This document shows, one piece after another, positions 20,921 to 32,646 of a DNA stretch of 64,000 nt. The stretch is from Chloroflexota bacterium (lineage in GTDB: Bacteria > Chloroflexota > Dehalococcoidia > Lucifugimonadales > JADFKI01). The first letter of the stretch is position 1. Every line of letters starts with the position of its first letter. The notes under the pieces were generated by a model. The model did no database searches. It saw only the letters and a list, made by a program, of their open reading frames with translations, and was not told the DNA's origin. The stretch covers positions 1-64,000 of the forward strand of contig JAQBUT010000015.1 in assembly GCA_027623195.1 (NCBI GenBank). The letters run 5' to 3'. Both the position numbers and the translations under genes were made by a program.

Positions 20921-21058
20921 GAATCATATTACATAGTAACCCTGAACCAATAATATGTACACCAGTTGGGCAAATTTCTTTGTACGAAGCAGGGGAGTTG
21001 TTGCCAGGGATTAAAGTTCGGGTTGGCCTGAAAAGCATGTGTGGAAAATTGCTTAACG

Positions 21059-21091
21059 AAAAAGGCCTCACACCAATTGGTGTGAGGCCTT
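21059..21091 (-). terminator. intrinsic terminator of the zinc-ribbon gene
   Basis: Perfect palindrome AAGGCCTCACACCAATTGGTGTGAGGCCTT followed by T-tract on the minus strand. Confidence 0.8.
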
Positions 21092-21133
21092 CTATAATTC
21101 GGCTTTTAGACGGCTAAATGACCGCCGTTTTGC

Positions 21134-21496
21134 CTAGTAGCGGTAAGATCCGCCTCCGCCACCGCCTCCGCCGAACCCGGAGCGCTGCTGGCTAAAGCAG
21201 TCGCTGCAGTATACCGGTCGGTCGCCACGAGGGCGGAAAGGCACTTCGGTATCTTTGCCACACTGGGCGCAGACTGCCGGGTGCATCTCTCTGGGGCCGG
21301 ACCTGAATCCTCCGCCTCCGCCTCCGTCGCTGGCTCCGCCAAATCCGCGGCTGGCCCTGCGGGACGCTCGGCATGTTGGGCAGCGCTTAGGCTCGTTGGT
21401 ATATCCCTTCTCGGAATGGTATTGCTGATCGTCGGCAGTAAATACGAATGTTTGGTTGCACTCCACGCACGCTAGATCTCTATCTTGAAAAGACAC
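21134..21496 (-). CDS. zinc-ribbon / CxxC-x17-CxxC domain protein with Gly-rich linkers (putative RNA-binding)
   Basis: CVEC...EPKRCPTCR and CAQCG...VPFRP...VYCSDCF; GTG start after GAGGAG. Confidence 0.88.
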   Translation of the reverse strand: MSFQDRDLACVECNQTFVFTADDQQYHSEKGYTNEPKRCPTCRASRRASRGFGGASDGGGGGGFRSGPREMHPAVCAQCGKDTEVPFRPRGDRPVYCSDCFSQQRSGFGGGGGGGGSYRY

Positions 21497-21742
21497 CTGT
21501 GGGTACTCCTCTTGGAAAAATATTGGACTACAGACGATCGCCAGGACGTTTGCCATGAAGGAAAGTACATGGAGACTGTTGTGTAGAACTAGCCACATCA
21601 TATCACAGAGGGAATATTTGGGGAAGGACATTTGCAGGCAAAAATTCGCGTTTCATTGAGGATCGAAACGCCAGTGGTAACAAGCCTGTGCGTCACGCCC
21701 GAACAGCCTATGATGGACGGGGATTTGTAGCTAGCTGGCTCG

Positions 21743-22588
21743 CTAAACCCCCTTAAACCATTCGCCGAATTGAGTGGCCATGTCTGCGTCTCCCTCAAGG
21801 ACAATCCGACCTCGACGCACCGACCTGTTCAACGAAAGCCGGCCCATGCAGAAGAGGATGTACGTGTCGGTGTCGACGACAAAGGTAACGTTGGCAGCGG
21901 AGCCGTCCGATGGTTCCAATCGAAACTTGTCGCCGGACACCGATACGTCGTAGCTTTCATCTGCGTCACCATCAGTGAGCCGGAAACGGAACCTGATTGG
22001 CTCAGGCAGCGCCTCACCCTTTTGGAAGCCGCTGTAGAGCCAGCGCCATAAGAAGTCCTTCTTCAGAAATGGCACAGCCTTTTCGCTAAGCGTAGCGGAC
22101 CTTTCCATGGGGTAGCGCACGTCCCACCCGTGCACGGCCAGCTCGGAAGCGCGCAGGTCTATCAGGTGGGCTATAGAGGTCTTGAACAGAGGATGCCAGG
22201 CTTCGCGCTCGTACGCCTCGGGCTCCAGGGCCACCAGCATGGAGTTAAGGCGCAGGCAGCTTGCGTTGTAGTCGTAAAACAGGTCTTCATGAATAGCTTC
22301 CCGGGTCGAAACCAGCATTTCGAGGGCTTCAGGGCCTATGAAGGGCGTGAAGCCCATTGGAGCCGAGGACACACCGTTAAGGGCGTTCTCGATGCTTTGA
22401 ACAAAGCGGTTGGCCCCCAGTATGAGGTGCGTAACCACATCCGCAACCTTCCAGCCCTCGCATGGACTAGCGTAATCGTCGGCGTTTCGCCATATGCTCT
22501 CGGGTAGCGTGTAGAAGTATGCAGCCAGCTCGTTCGACAGAGCGCGAACAAGCTGTATTCGCTCTCGTACCTCTTCAGTGTTAGCCAT
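21743..22588 (-). CDS. maleylpyruvate isomerase family (MDMPI/DinB-like) protein with C-terminal SCP2-like domain
   Basis: SPCEGWKVADVVTHL, ELAVHGWDV; SCP2-like end GRIVLEGD. Confidence 0.8.
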   Translation of the reverse strand: MANTEEVRERIQLVRALSNELAAYFYTLPESIWRNADDYASPCEGWKVADVVTHLILGANRFVQSIENALNGVSSAPMGFTPFIGPEALEMLVSTREAIHEDLFYDYNASCLRLNSMLVALEPEAYEREAWHPLFKTSIAHLIDLRASELAVHGWDVRYPMERSATLSEKAVPFLKKDFLWRWLYSGFQKGEALPEPIRFRFRLTDGDADESYDVSVSGDKFRLEPSDGSAANVTFVVDTDTYILFCMGRLSLNRSVRRGRIVLEGDADMATQFGEWFKGV

Positions 22589-22654
22589 GAATTTTCACCG
22601 ACGTTGTGATCCCACAAATAAGCCAAAAAAGTGGCGGGGTCGTCTTGTCAGTGC

Positions 22655-23806
<1,152 letters not shown>

Positions 23807-23819
23807 TTAATCCAGCGAT

Positions 23820-24752
23820 TCAGGACGAGGCGTGGTGAAAACGAGCCTCTATGCCTTCCATTGCCTTTTTCCCGATTCTTCGCGCCAAGACTATACTCAA
23901 TGAATTGACCAGCGTTTTGGTGAGGAAGGTAAGAGATTCGTATGAGGTTACGGCCTCTTCTGTTTCTTCGAATGTGGCCAAGTACATTTCAGAATCATGG
24001 TAGTTGGCTCGTGTCCGCATTCTGTATAGGAGGTCAGCAACGGATGTCTCGTGAAGTTTTCCTGACTTCATTCCCTTTTCGGCCTTTGATAGGTTTCGCC
24101 TCGTTCGCCCTTTTTTGATATTTTTGTTGTCTTTTCGCGCTCTTTCATATAATTCAATTAACCTTCTATTTCTTGTCGTGCTGAGCGTCTTGCCGATGGC
24201 CTCGTCAGAAGACGCATAGGACGGACTCCTAAGTTGATTAAATCTGGAGACGTCCTCCGCTGAGACCGACAGATTCGGGAAATTGAAATTATTTTGGTCT
24301 GGACCGCCGTGGCATAGCGCGTTGAATGGGTAAGGTAAATGGGGAATTATCGATTTCGAAAATAGAGAAAGAAATGCCCTGTGATCGATTGGCATATCAT
24401 TACTGGTTCTTGTGGCAAATAAGACAGCTCTCCCCATTGCGTAAACAGCGTAATATGCCTTCACTGGCATCCACAGATTCTCAGTTATGGCGATGTGAGG
24501 GAAATGGCTAATTGGCAGCTTCTCCATAGACATGACGATGAGCCTTGCTTTGAGGAACTCTGACGCCAAATCTTCAGAATAGTGGCCTTCGCCTTTTAGT
24601 TTCCTAAACGACTCAAGGTTCTCTTGTTCTCGTCGGAGGTTGTCGTGGACGGAATCGGCGTATCCATATTCACGTTTAATGGCTTCTACCCAGTAGGAGA
24701 CATAGTTGTAATAGGTCTTTAGCGAAATGTGAGCGTTGGCGCTTGCTGGCAT
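23820..24752 (-). CDS. hypothetical protein with HEPN-like motifs
   Basis: KAYYAVYAMGRAVL...DHRAFLSLF and LYRMRTRANYH resemble HEPN helices; visibly more AT-rich than flanks. Confidence 0.55.
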   Translation of the reverse strand: MPASANAHISLKTYYNYVSYWVEAIKREYGYADSVHDNLRREQENLESFRKLKGEGHYSEDLASEFLKARLIVMSMEKLPISHFPHIAITENLWMPVKAYYAVYAMGRAVLFATRTSNDMPIDHRAFLSLFSKSIIPHLPYPFNALCHGGPDQNNFNFPNLSVSAEDVSRFNQLRSPSYASSDEAIGKTLSTTRNRRLIELYERARKDNKNIKKGRTRRNLSKAEKGMKSGKLHETSVADLLYRMRTRANYHDSEMYLATFEETEEAVTSYESLTFLTKTLVNSLSIVLARRIGKKAMEGIEARFHHASS

Positions 24753-24832
24753 ACCTACATCATGCAGCCAATGGCGTAGCCATTACAACATAGACGTGTT
24801 TTCTTCAGAGTTTTTTTAAGCCAGCAGTCCCT

Positions 24833-26506
24833 CTAGATCCGCGTCATCTCGTTTCGCATCTGCGCCAGGCCCATGGGGCCGAGGTTGAGGGCGCGGGTGT
24901 GGAAGTCTTTCAGAACGAAGTCGGAGCCCTGGCGGCGTTGGGCGTCGGCGCGGGCGGAGAGCCACTCGCGCTCGCCAACCTTGTACGAGATGGCCTGGCC
25001 GGGCATGCCCAGGTAGCGGTCTATTTCGCTGGCCACGAAGTCCGGCGGGAAGTGGCTGCGCTGCTGTATGAACTGTAAACCCAACTCCGGATTCCAGACC
25101 TCGCCGGGATGAAAGTCCGAATCGCCGGGTATCGGCAATTCGAGGTGCATGCCGATGTCGATGATGACGCGGACGCTGCGCAAGGCCTGCGCCCTCAGCA
25201 TGCCCAGGTAGTAGTCCGGGTTCTCAAGGTAGCCTAGCTCCGCCATCAGCCGCTCGGCGTACAGCCCCCATCCCTCGATGTAGCCCGACGTGCCGCCCAT
25301 AACCGACTGGAACCTCGACAGCTCAGAGGTCAGGTGCTTGGCCGTGGCCCGCTCGAAGTGGTGCCCCGGCACGCCCTCGTGGTAGGCGATGGATACCTCG
25401 CCCCACAGCGGGAATCGCGTCTTGCCTCCCGTGGGGTACCAGGTGCGCCCAGGTCGGCTGAAGTCTTCAGAGGGCGACGTGTAGTACATGGCCAGCGCTC
25501 CGCCTGGCGGCGCGATCATGGCCTCGATTTTCTTTATCGGCTCGGCGATGTCGAAGTGGGTGCCGTTAAGCTCGGCGATGGTCCTGTCCTGCAGGTCCTG
25601 CATCCACCGCTGGAAGGCGTCCACGCCCTCGATGGCACGAGCGGGGTCGCTCTCCAGTAGGGCTTTGGCCTCTTCGACGGAGCCGCCGGGCAGAATCTTA
25701 TCCGCCGTCTTGGCCATCTCGCTCTCGACCCAACGAAGCTGCTCCCAGCCCCAGGCGTAGGTGTCCTCCAGGTCCAGCTCGATGCCGTTGAAGGCCCGCG
25801 CGGACAGTGCGTATCGCTCCTTGCCAACGGGGTCGCGGTCGTCGGCTTTAGGAGCGTACTCGTTAGTGAGGTAGCTGCCCATATCCGCATAAGCTTTTGC
25901 TGCCGCGTTGGCTCCGGCCTCAAGGTCTCTTTGCAGGGCAGGGGAGGAAATACCTGACTTTCCAAAAGATTCGAGAAGGCCGTGGAAGAAGGATGGCTGG
26001 CCGGTCTGACCGCTCCAGGTATGGGCCTGCTTGGCGCACTCCTCGGCCTGCCGCTTGCTGCTGGACGTGCCGACGCGCTGGCCCTCCTCCAGGGTGCGGC
26101 GGTAGCTGGCCAGTCCCTCGGGTACCAGGCTCAGGCGGGACGCGATGTTGCGCCACTGCTCCTCGGTGTCGCGGGCCATCAGGTCGAAGGTCATGCGTAG
26201 GCCCTGGAACGGGCTACCCAGCACTCGCAGGTTGCGCAGGTGCTCGCCAGCATCGTAGATGTCCAGGTCGGTTCGCATGTCGTCCAGCATGGCGTCTCTG
26301 GCGATGCGGTCGCGCTCGTTCTGTGGCTCGGTGGCCTCCAGTGCGGCGACGGTCTGGCGGGCCAGGGCTGCGTTGGCGTCCGCTCCGTCGGGCGAGTAGT
26401 CGGACATGCGGTCGTCGTGGCCCGGCACGCCCATGTTGGTGGCGCTCACCGGATTCTGGGCGGCGTACCGCTCCACGTAGTCGTTGGCTATCTCATATAT
26501 TTTCAT
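24833..26506 (-). CDS. DUF885 domain protein (putative metallopeptidase)
   Basis: HEGVPGHH, EGWGLYAE, RVIIDIGMH, EIDRYLGMPGQAISYKVG, FH. Confidence 0.9.
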   Translation of the reverse strand: MKIYEIANDYVERYAAQNPVSATNMGVPGHDDRMSDYSPDGADANAALARQTVAALEATEPQNERDRIARDAMLDDMRTDLDIYDAGEHLRNLRVLGSPFQGLRMTFDLMARDTEEQWRNIASRLSLVPEGLASYRRTLEEGQRVGTSSSKRQAEECAKQAHTWSGQTGQPSFFHGLLESFGKSGISSPALQRDLEAGANAAAKAYADMGSYLTNEYAPKADDRDPVGKERYALSARAFNGIELDLEDTYAWGWEQLRWVESEMAKTADKILPGGSVEEAKALLESDPARAIEGVDAFQRWMQDLQDRTIAELNGTHFDIAEPIKKIEAMIAPPGGALAMYYTSPSEDFSRPGRTWYPTGGKTRFPLWGEVSIAYHEGVPGHHFERATAKHLTSELSRFQSVMGGTSGYIEGWGLYAERLMAELGYLENPDYYLGMLRAQALRSVRVIIDIGMHLELPIPGDSDFHPGEVWNPELGLQFIQQRSHFPPDFVASEIDRYLGMPGQAISYKVGEREWLSARADAQRRQGSDFVLKDFHTRALNLGPMGLAQMRNEMTRI

Positions 26507-26567
26507 ATTTTCATTTTCGAAAAAGGGTTTAGGGATATTCGATTGACGAACCGGCTACTAAGGCCAG

Positions 26568-27107
26568 TCACGATACCTTTGCCTTCGGCGGAGTGCCATC
26601 CTTATACTTCCGGCCTCGTTCTGCCGTGGTGCGGTCCTTGACATGCTCCATAACTGGCACGCCGTAGCCGCAACTGGTGACCGTCTGCTCCACGTTGATC
26701 TCGATGGCCTGCCGCAAGGGAAGCGCGATGTAGTCGGACTGGTTTCCCTGTAGCAGGTCTGCTATGGGCGAGTCGTCCAGCGGAGTGACGCTGGCGTGCC
26801 CGTACAGGCGAATGACGGCAGCGTTCTCTCCGTCGAATGCGCAGACCATCACGGTGATGGGGCCGCCTAGGGTTGCGTGGCGAGCTGTCTCGTTGCCGCT
26901 GCCCACGTAGTCGAGAAACGCCACATGGTTCCTGTCCAAGATGTGCAGAGGCACGCCGCCCTTGGGAGAGAGGTTTATCGCGCCCTGTCCGCCCGGACCG
27001 CCGCCAAGGTCAGGGCTGGCGCTGGCCACGAAAAATAGCGGAGCGCTCTTGATTAGTTCGGCCTGCTCGTCGGTAATGGATGGGTAGAAGGTCGCCACAG
27101 GTGTCAC
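26568..27107 (-). CDS. pyridoxamine 5'-phosphate oxidase-like FMN-binding protein
   Basis: FFVASA, NLSPKG, LDYVGSGNETARH, TSCGYGVP. Confidence 0.85.
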   Translation of the reverse strand: MTPVATFYPSITDEQAELIKSAPLFFVASASPDLGGGPGGQGAINLSPKGGVPLHILDRNHVAFLDYVGSGNETARHATLGGPITVMVCAFDGENAAVIRLYGHASVTPLDDSPIADLLQGNQSDYIALPLRQAIEINVEQTVTSCGYGVPVMEHVKDRTTAERGRKYKDGTPPKAKVS

Positions 27108-27147
27108 CTCCGCATGAACTTGGATCGGCCTCGGGCTTTGGCCTATG

Positions 27148-28449
27148 TTACCAGTTAGCTAGAAAATTCTTGTAGGTGCTGCGTCCGGCGAACTTGGCCT
27201 TTGAGCCAAGCTCCTCCTCGATGCGCAGCAGGCGGTTGTACTTGGCAGTGCGCTCGCCGCGTGCAGGCGCGCCGGATTTGAGTTGGCCCGCGCTGGTCCC
27301 AACTGCCAGGTCAGCGATGGTTGTGTCTTCGGTCTCGCCGGACCTGTGGCTGATGACGGCGTTCCAGCCGGCAGCATGGGTGAGCTTGATGGCATCCAGT
27401 GTCTCGCTGACGGTGCCGATCTGGTTCAGTTTAATGAGAACGGCGTTGGTAGCGCTAAGGTTGATGCCCTTTTCGATGCGGCTTGGGCTGGTGGTGTACA
27501 GGTCGTCGCCCACTAACTGCACCTTGTCGCCAAACCTGCTGACCGTTTCGCTCCAGCCGTTCCAGTCCTCCTCGTCGATGCCGTCCTCGATGCTGATAAT
27601 GGGGTAGTCCTTAATCCAGCCCTCGTACATACCGATTAGGGCGTGCGTGGAGTGCTCTACCTTATCTAGAGCCAGCGCATAATGGCCATTGCCGTTATGC
27701 GAAAAAAGCTCCGATGCTGCGACGTCCAACGCGATGAAGCACTGCACACCGGGCTGGTAGCCTGCTTTCTCAATGGCAGCAATTATCAGGTCGGCCGCCT
27801 GCCGATTGGACTGCAGGGCTGGTGCAAATCCGCCCTCGTCACCTACTCCGGTGCCGAGGCCCTTGTCCCGAAGGCTCTGGGCCAGTGTATGGTAAATCTC
27901 CACCCCCGCCCGTATGGATTCCGCGAAGGTGTCGAACCCGGCGGGGACCACCATGAACTCCTGGAAGTCGGTGGAGTTTTCGGCGTGCCTGCCTCCGTTG
28001 ATGATGTTGAGCATAGGGACCGGCAGCGTAACGTCCTTGCCGCCGCTGAGGTAGCTGTACAGAGGCATTTTCTCGCTGTCGGCTGCTGCTCTGGCCACGG
28101 CCATGGAGACTCCCAGAATGGCATTGGCGCCCAACTGGGACTTGTTCTCTGTGCCGTCCAGCTTCAGCATTACGTCGTCGATGGCTTTCTGGTCTGTCGC
28201 GACTTGGCCTCTGACGACCGGCGCTATACGTTCGTTTACGTTGGCTATGGCTTTTAGAACGCCACGGCCCATGAAGCGGTTGCTATCATTATCCCGCAAC
28301 TCAAGCGCCTCGAATTTGCCGGTGCTGGCTCCTGACGGGACCAGGGCGCGCCCGCTACTGCCGTCGGCTAGCGTGACGTCGACCTCTACTGTCGGGTTGC
28401 CGCGTGAGTCCAGAACTTCCCTGGCGTGTACCTCTGATATTGTGCTCAT
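27148..28449 (-). CDS. eno: enolase
   Basis: [48 protein letters not shown]. Confidence 0.98.
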   Translation of the reverse strand: MSTISEVHAREVLDSRGNPTVEVDVTLADGSSGRALVPSGASTGKFEALELRDNDSNRFMGRGVLKAIANVNERIAPVVRGQVATDQKAIDDVMLKLDGTENKSQLGANAILGVSMAVARAAADSEKMPLYSYLSGGKDVTLPVPMLNIINGGRHAENSTDFQEFMVVPAGFDTFAESIRAGVEIYHTLAQSLRDKGLGTGVGDEGGFAPALQSNRQAADLIIAAIEKAGYQPGVQCFIALDVAASELFSHNGNGHYALALDKVEHSTHALIGMYEGWIKDYPIISIEDGIDEEDWNGWSETVSRFGDKVQLVGDDLYTTSPSRIEKGINLSATNAVLIKLNQIGTVSETLDAIKLTHAAGWNAVISHRSGETEDTTIADLAVGTSAGQLKSGAPARGERTAKYNRLLRIEEELGSKAKFAGRSTYKNFLANW

Positions 28450-28758
28450 ATACCTTCTATCTATTCCGCCTGGCTAGCTTACCGCCAACCTGTTCGTCCA
28501 ATTAGCAATCCGGGGTCTGGCATTTCAGTCACCGATGACCTAAATAATCAAGAAAGGTTTTCCCGAAGTTCGCTAATTTGGCAACACGATTATATATCAT
28601 GGTGGAGGGGCTTTGACACGCCACGCCAGGGTCCCCCTTAGAATGATCAGGCCGATGGTTCAGGCGTTCCGGGGAATGGCTCAGTACGCGAACGGGTTAA
28701 GCCAAATCCCGACAAGTGAACAGACGGCTGTTTTAATGGTGGGGAACTGTCGAACACA

Positions 28759-29631
28759 TTGGATATGAACCAAGAGCTAACAAGTGAAGACCAGTTCTTC
28801 GAAGCCGAAGACGGGGCCCGGCTGGCTTATTACGTATGGAATCGTCAGGCGCCTTCGAAGTGCCGGGCGTTGGTTTTAATACTGCACGGTATTGGATTCC
28901 ATGCCCGGCCCTATAAAGTGGTGGCTGAATCATCGGAAGTGCTGGGCGCGACCTTCGCTGCCTTGGACCTTCGGGGACATGGGCGCTCTGGTGGGCCCAT
29001 CGGCGAAATGCCGCCCGCGGCCAGGGTTTTACAGGACATAGAGGACTGGATAGAGCATCTTCAGGCATCATTTCTGGGTGTGCCGATATTTCTAATTGCA
29101 GAAAGCATGTCCGGCCCTTACGGTATGTTGTACGCACTGGACCACCCAGGCGGCGTGGACGGCCTGATACTGGTGACCCCAGCCGTCGTCCCGGGTTGGC
29201 GACAAACCCTTATGGGTGATTCCTTGAGTGACTTGGTATCCCTGGCCTTAGCACCCTCGCGACCCTCCATCGACCTTTCTGGCCCTCGACTTCGGATGGG
29301 TTCAAACGATGCTGTATTCCCAGAGCTTCGGATTAGCGACCCGGATGCTATGCAGTCCGTAAGCCCCCGTTACCTATCAAGAATTGGGGAGACCGTTGGC
29401 CGGTTAATGGTGCGTCGTTCCCTCACCACTAAAACCCCGGTGCTGATTCTGCATGGTGAACGCGACAAGATCCTTTCGCCCGTTGGCTCGCGGATACTTT
29501 ATCACCGGCTAAAGTCACCAGACAAAAGCTTGTTGATTCTACCCGGCGCCAATCACACCTTATTTTGGGACCAGTCCAGTCATGCAATCTTCTCCGTAAT
29601 AAGCAACTGGATCAGTGGTCGTATCAGGTAG
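28759..29631 (+). CDS. alpha/beta hydrolase (lysophospholipase / monoacylglycerol lipase-like)
   Basis: LHG, DLRGHGRS, nucleophile elbow AESMSG, HGERD, catalytic His in ANHTL. Confidence 0.85.
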   Translation: MDMNQELTSEDQFFEAEDGARLAYYVWNRQAPSKCRALVLILHGIGFHARPYKVVAESSEVLGATFAALDLRGHGRSGGPIGEMPPAARVLQDIEDWIEHLQASFLGVPIFLIAESMSGPYGMLYALDHPGGVDGLILVTPAVVPGWRQTLMGDSLSDLVSLALAPSRPSIDLSGPRLRMGSNDAVFPELRISDPDAMQSVSPRYLSRIGETVGRLMVRRSLTTKTPVLILHGERDKILSPVGSRILYHRLKSPDKSLLILPGANHTLFWDQSSHAIFSVISNWISGRIR

Positions 29632-29752
29632 TTTGACCGGAAAACTTGGTAGGCCGGACTATATGGCACGTAGAGAATATCGCGAAAGCTGTCTACAGTA
29701 TTTAAGGAACGTCTAAACGAACCGCAGTTAGCTGCCTTGCAAGGAATTCGTT

Positions 29753-30649
29753 ATGTTAGTGCTTTTACGCAACATGTTTAGCGGCAAGCAAATTCGCCGC
29801 CGGGGGGATGGAGACCGCCAGCCTACGGCTCTAATCACCGGGGCGTCCTCGGGTATAGGCCGCGTAACGGCCGTTTACTTGGCGGAGCGTGGCTTCCACG
29901 TCATTGCTACCTCTCGTTCGCTGGACCGCCTGGATGGACTCCGGGATGAGATGGCTGAGAGGCGGCTGGCCTTCACCCCGGTGGAGTTGGACATCAACAG
30001 GAACGAGGGCGTTAACAGGGTGATGCCGGGAGTAATGGCCGACCACGGCCCCATAGACGTGCTGGTCAACAATGCGGCTTACAGCTTATGGGGGCCAATC
30101 CAGACGCTGTCAATATCCGAGATGAAGACCATGTTTGAGACCAACTACTTCGGAGTGGTACGCATGATCCACAGCGTTCTGCCCGCCATGATCGAGCAGG
30201 GCAGCGGAATCATCGTCAACGTCAGCTCCGTGCTGGGGCGCATGGCTACGCCCTTTAACGGCGCATACTCCTCCAGCAAGTTCGCGCTGGAGGGCATGAG
30301 CGAGTCGTTAAGGACCGAGGTGAAGCCTTTCGGTGTAAAGGTTGCGCTGGTGGAGCCAGGACTTTTCAACACCAACTTCCAGCAGAATATGGTTACGGCG
30401 GAAGGGGTGGATGGGCAGGAGACGGTGTACACGCCGCTAATTGAGCGGTATCGCAAGAACCACGACCGCTTCCAGAATTTGGGCAAGGACCCTATCAAGG
30501 TGGCCAGGGTAATTCACACCATCATAGAGTCACGGAATCCGCCGTTCCGAAATCCAGTGGGTGCGGAGGCCAGGGCAGGAATATTCGGCACGCGAGTGCT
30601 GCCGGAGAAGATCTACTGGCCGCTGTTGGATAAGGCGACGATGCGGTAG
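29753..30649 (+). CDS. short-chain dehydrogenase/reductase
   Basis: TGASSGIG, NNAA, YSSSK, VEPG. Confidence 0.92.
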   Translation: MLVLLRNMFSGKQIRRRGDGDRQPTALITGASSGIGRVTAVYLAERGFHVIATSRSLDRLDGLRDEMAERRLAFTPVELDINRNEGVNRVMPGVMADHGPIDVLVNNAAYSLWGPIQTLSISEMKTMFETNYFGVVRMIHSVLPAMIEQGSGIIVNVSSVLGRMATPFNGAYSSSKFALEGMSESLRTEVKPFGVKVALVEPGLFNTNFQQNMVTAEGVDGQETVYTPLIERYRKNHDRFQNLGKDPIKVARVIHTIIESRNPPFRNPVGAEARAGIFGTRVLPEKIYWPLLDKATMR

Positions 30650-30674
30650 ATTTTGGATAGACTGGGGAAAAGGT

Positions 30675-31190
30675 ATGCTACCACGACCCCGTCGTCTAAC
30701 CAATGCAAATAGCATGGTAGTTCGCGTCATTGAAGAGCCCGATGTCGCCGAGTTGGGCACTGCTCTTGCCCCGGATGTCAGTGTGCGGCAAGTGGAAAAT
30801 CGATGGGCTGAGCACCAGCAAGGTCATCGGCAGACCCTTGTGGCGCTGCTGGATGACGTTCCTGTCGGCACAGTGAGTTCCGGCGGGACGCGACACAAGG
30901 AGCCCGATTCTTTGAGGATGTTCGCCCTGGACGTAGAAGAATCGTATCGGCGGCGCGGAATTGGAATGGCGTTAATCGTCACTGTCGAAGAAGAGGCACT
31001 ACGGCTAGGGCTCCGTCACGTCAGCCTGGAAGTCGACATTGAGAACGAAAGAGCGATTCGCCTATATGAAGGGCTTGGTGATATGCGGTTAGGGGAACCT
31101 GTACTCAATCGCTGGATGCAGTTGACGGATGATGGCGAAGGCCGTGAAGTAGAGAGCCTTTCCTGGAATATGGCCAAAGAGATACGATAA
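30675..31190 (+). CDS. GNAT family N-acetyltransferase
   Basis: YRRRGIG, LEVDIENERAIRLYEGLG; ATG 30675 chosen to avoid overlap with the SDR. Confidence 0.8.
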   Translation: MLPRPRRLTNANSMVVRVIEEPDVAELGTALAPDVSVRQVENRWAEHQQGHRQTLVALLDDVPVGTVSSGGTRHKEPDSLRMFALDVEESYRRRGIGMALIVTVEEEALRLGLRHVSLEVDIENERAIRLYEGLGDMRLGEPVLNRWMQLTDDGEGREVESLSWNMAKEIR

Positions 31191-31226
31191 TAGGGACTAG
31201 CGTGGAATTACTCGTGTTGCTGCCTC

Positions 31227-31261
31227 GACCAGTGGGGTGCTTCGACGACACCTCACTGGTC
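31227..31261. terminator. hairpin between convergent genes (possible terminator)
   Basis: GACCAGTGGGGTG...CACCTCACTGGTC inverted repeat; no clear U-tract. Confidence 0.5.
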
Positions 31262-31286
31262 ATACGAGTTCAAAAGCTGCCTATTA

Positions 31287-32646
31287 CTAAGACACCGGCG
31301 TGCAGACCGACTGGGTCAGCCCGTTGAAGGGACTCACATTGAAGTCGCCAACTCTCTTTGTGCCGGCGCCGACATTCGAGAAGGTCTTATCGAGAGATAT
31401 CCCTGTGATGAAATTTATTCCGCCGACCGTTGTAGTCGTCGGTTTTGGTATGACATTTTTAAGCAACGAAATTTGCGCGCCGAAGTCCTCAAGTCTCCCG
31501 TTGGATATCACTGGAGTTCCGTTTAGGGTGGCCAGGAACTGATTGGTGGCCTTGCACATGTCGTTGTAGGCGGTAACCACTTCAGCGGAGTTGAGCAGGG
31601 CATTCACGTCCGCGATCGAAAAGGCGCCGCTGCATATGTCGGCCCCAAGCTGTTGTGTAAAGAACGCGTCTAGCTATGGAGGCAAGGGCTGACCGCCCGG
31701 CGAGCAGAAGTCAAGCTTGGCGATTGCCTCCGCCGTCAGGGCATCTGCTGTCCCTGTGGGGTCCGCGAGTTTTCCCGCCAGGGCCGGGGGAAGCGGGACG
31801 TTGTTTGAGATGCTCGTGACTAGAGGGGAGTCCAGAGAGATTAGGCCGTTGGGCGACCTCAGGTCAGGATTGGTAATGCTACCTACCATTCCTTGTAATC
31901 GCGCCAAATCAATTTCCCCGGTTGGCCCCATAAGGCCGGTGTTAATCCAGAACTGGTTCAGGGTGGCGATTAGCGCGTCCTCGTCCGTAATGAGGCGGGT
32001 CGCCTGAGTATTGCTGGACTGCGCGAGCCTCTCCGATTGCTTTATCAGGTCCGTGCAAAGATCCAATCCAATCGTGGCATCGCCGACGGATCCGACCTTT
32101 ATTACTGCCGCGCCGTCAATGAAAGCGTCCGCTTGGGCCCCGGTCCCCGCTTTCGCGCCAACTCCAGCGTCAGCATGACCTCCCATTACTAATTCCAATG
32201 CACCCTCCGCTTCCACTCCGATACTACCCTCAAAGCAAATTACGATGCTTTGGATCTCCTCATCCGATGTCACTAGTTTTTCGACACCCGTCTTGACGTT
32301 GCCCACCGCCGACTGCACGATGCCGACGTCTGCCCGCACGATGCCGACGTCCGCTTGAACTGCGGTCAAGTCTGCTTGGACGCCACTGACGTCTGTTTGA
32401 ACAGCGGTCACGTCGGTCTGAATATTATTTAGGCCAGTCTGCAAATCAATAAGCTGTTGGAGCATGGCGGCATGCGGGCCACCCCTGTCATCGTCGAGAT
32501 CTTCTTCGTCACGTTTATCGTCATCTCCCCGCTGCGTCGGCTGGCCAAATGCAGTGTCGACTGAAAGAAACAGCGTTGCCGACAAAGCAGCTCCAAGTTA
32601 GGAAAGAGACCATTCCAACAATCATTCCCTTTGATAGATATTTCAT
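31287..32646 (-). pseudogene. disrupted secreted coiled-coil protein (about 450 aa if repaired): 1-nt frameshift plus in-frame TAG
   Basis: GGAGG RBS and ATG 32646 give MKYLSKGMIVGMVSFL; removing 1 nt near 32598 continues LGAALSATLFLSVDTAFG; ORFs 31674-32585 and 31287-31607 share a frame and are separated only by TAG at 31674-31676. Confidence 0.7.
32294..32420 (-). repeat. degenerate 21-bp tandem repeat encoding heptads
   Basis: TDVTAVQ/TDVSGVQ/ADLTAVQ/ADVGIVR/ADVGIVQ/SAVGNVK; GCACGATGCCGACGTC occurs at 32315 and 32336. Confidence 0.8.

Noticed and set aside
31674..31676. Pyrrolysine or amber recoding at the in-frame TAG
   Set aside because: The same gene also has a frameshift, many genes here end normally at TAG, and no pyl genes are in the window.
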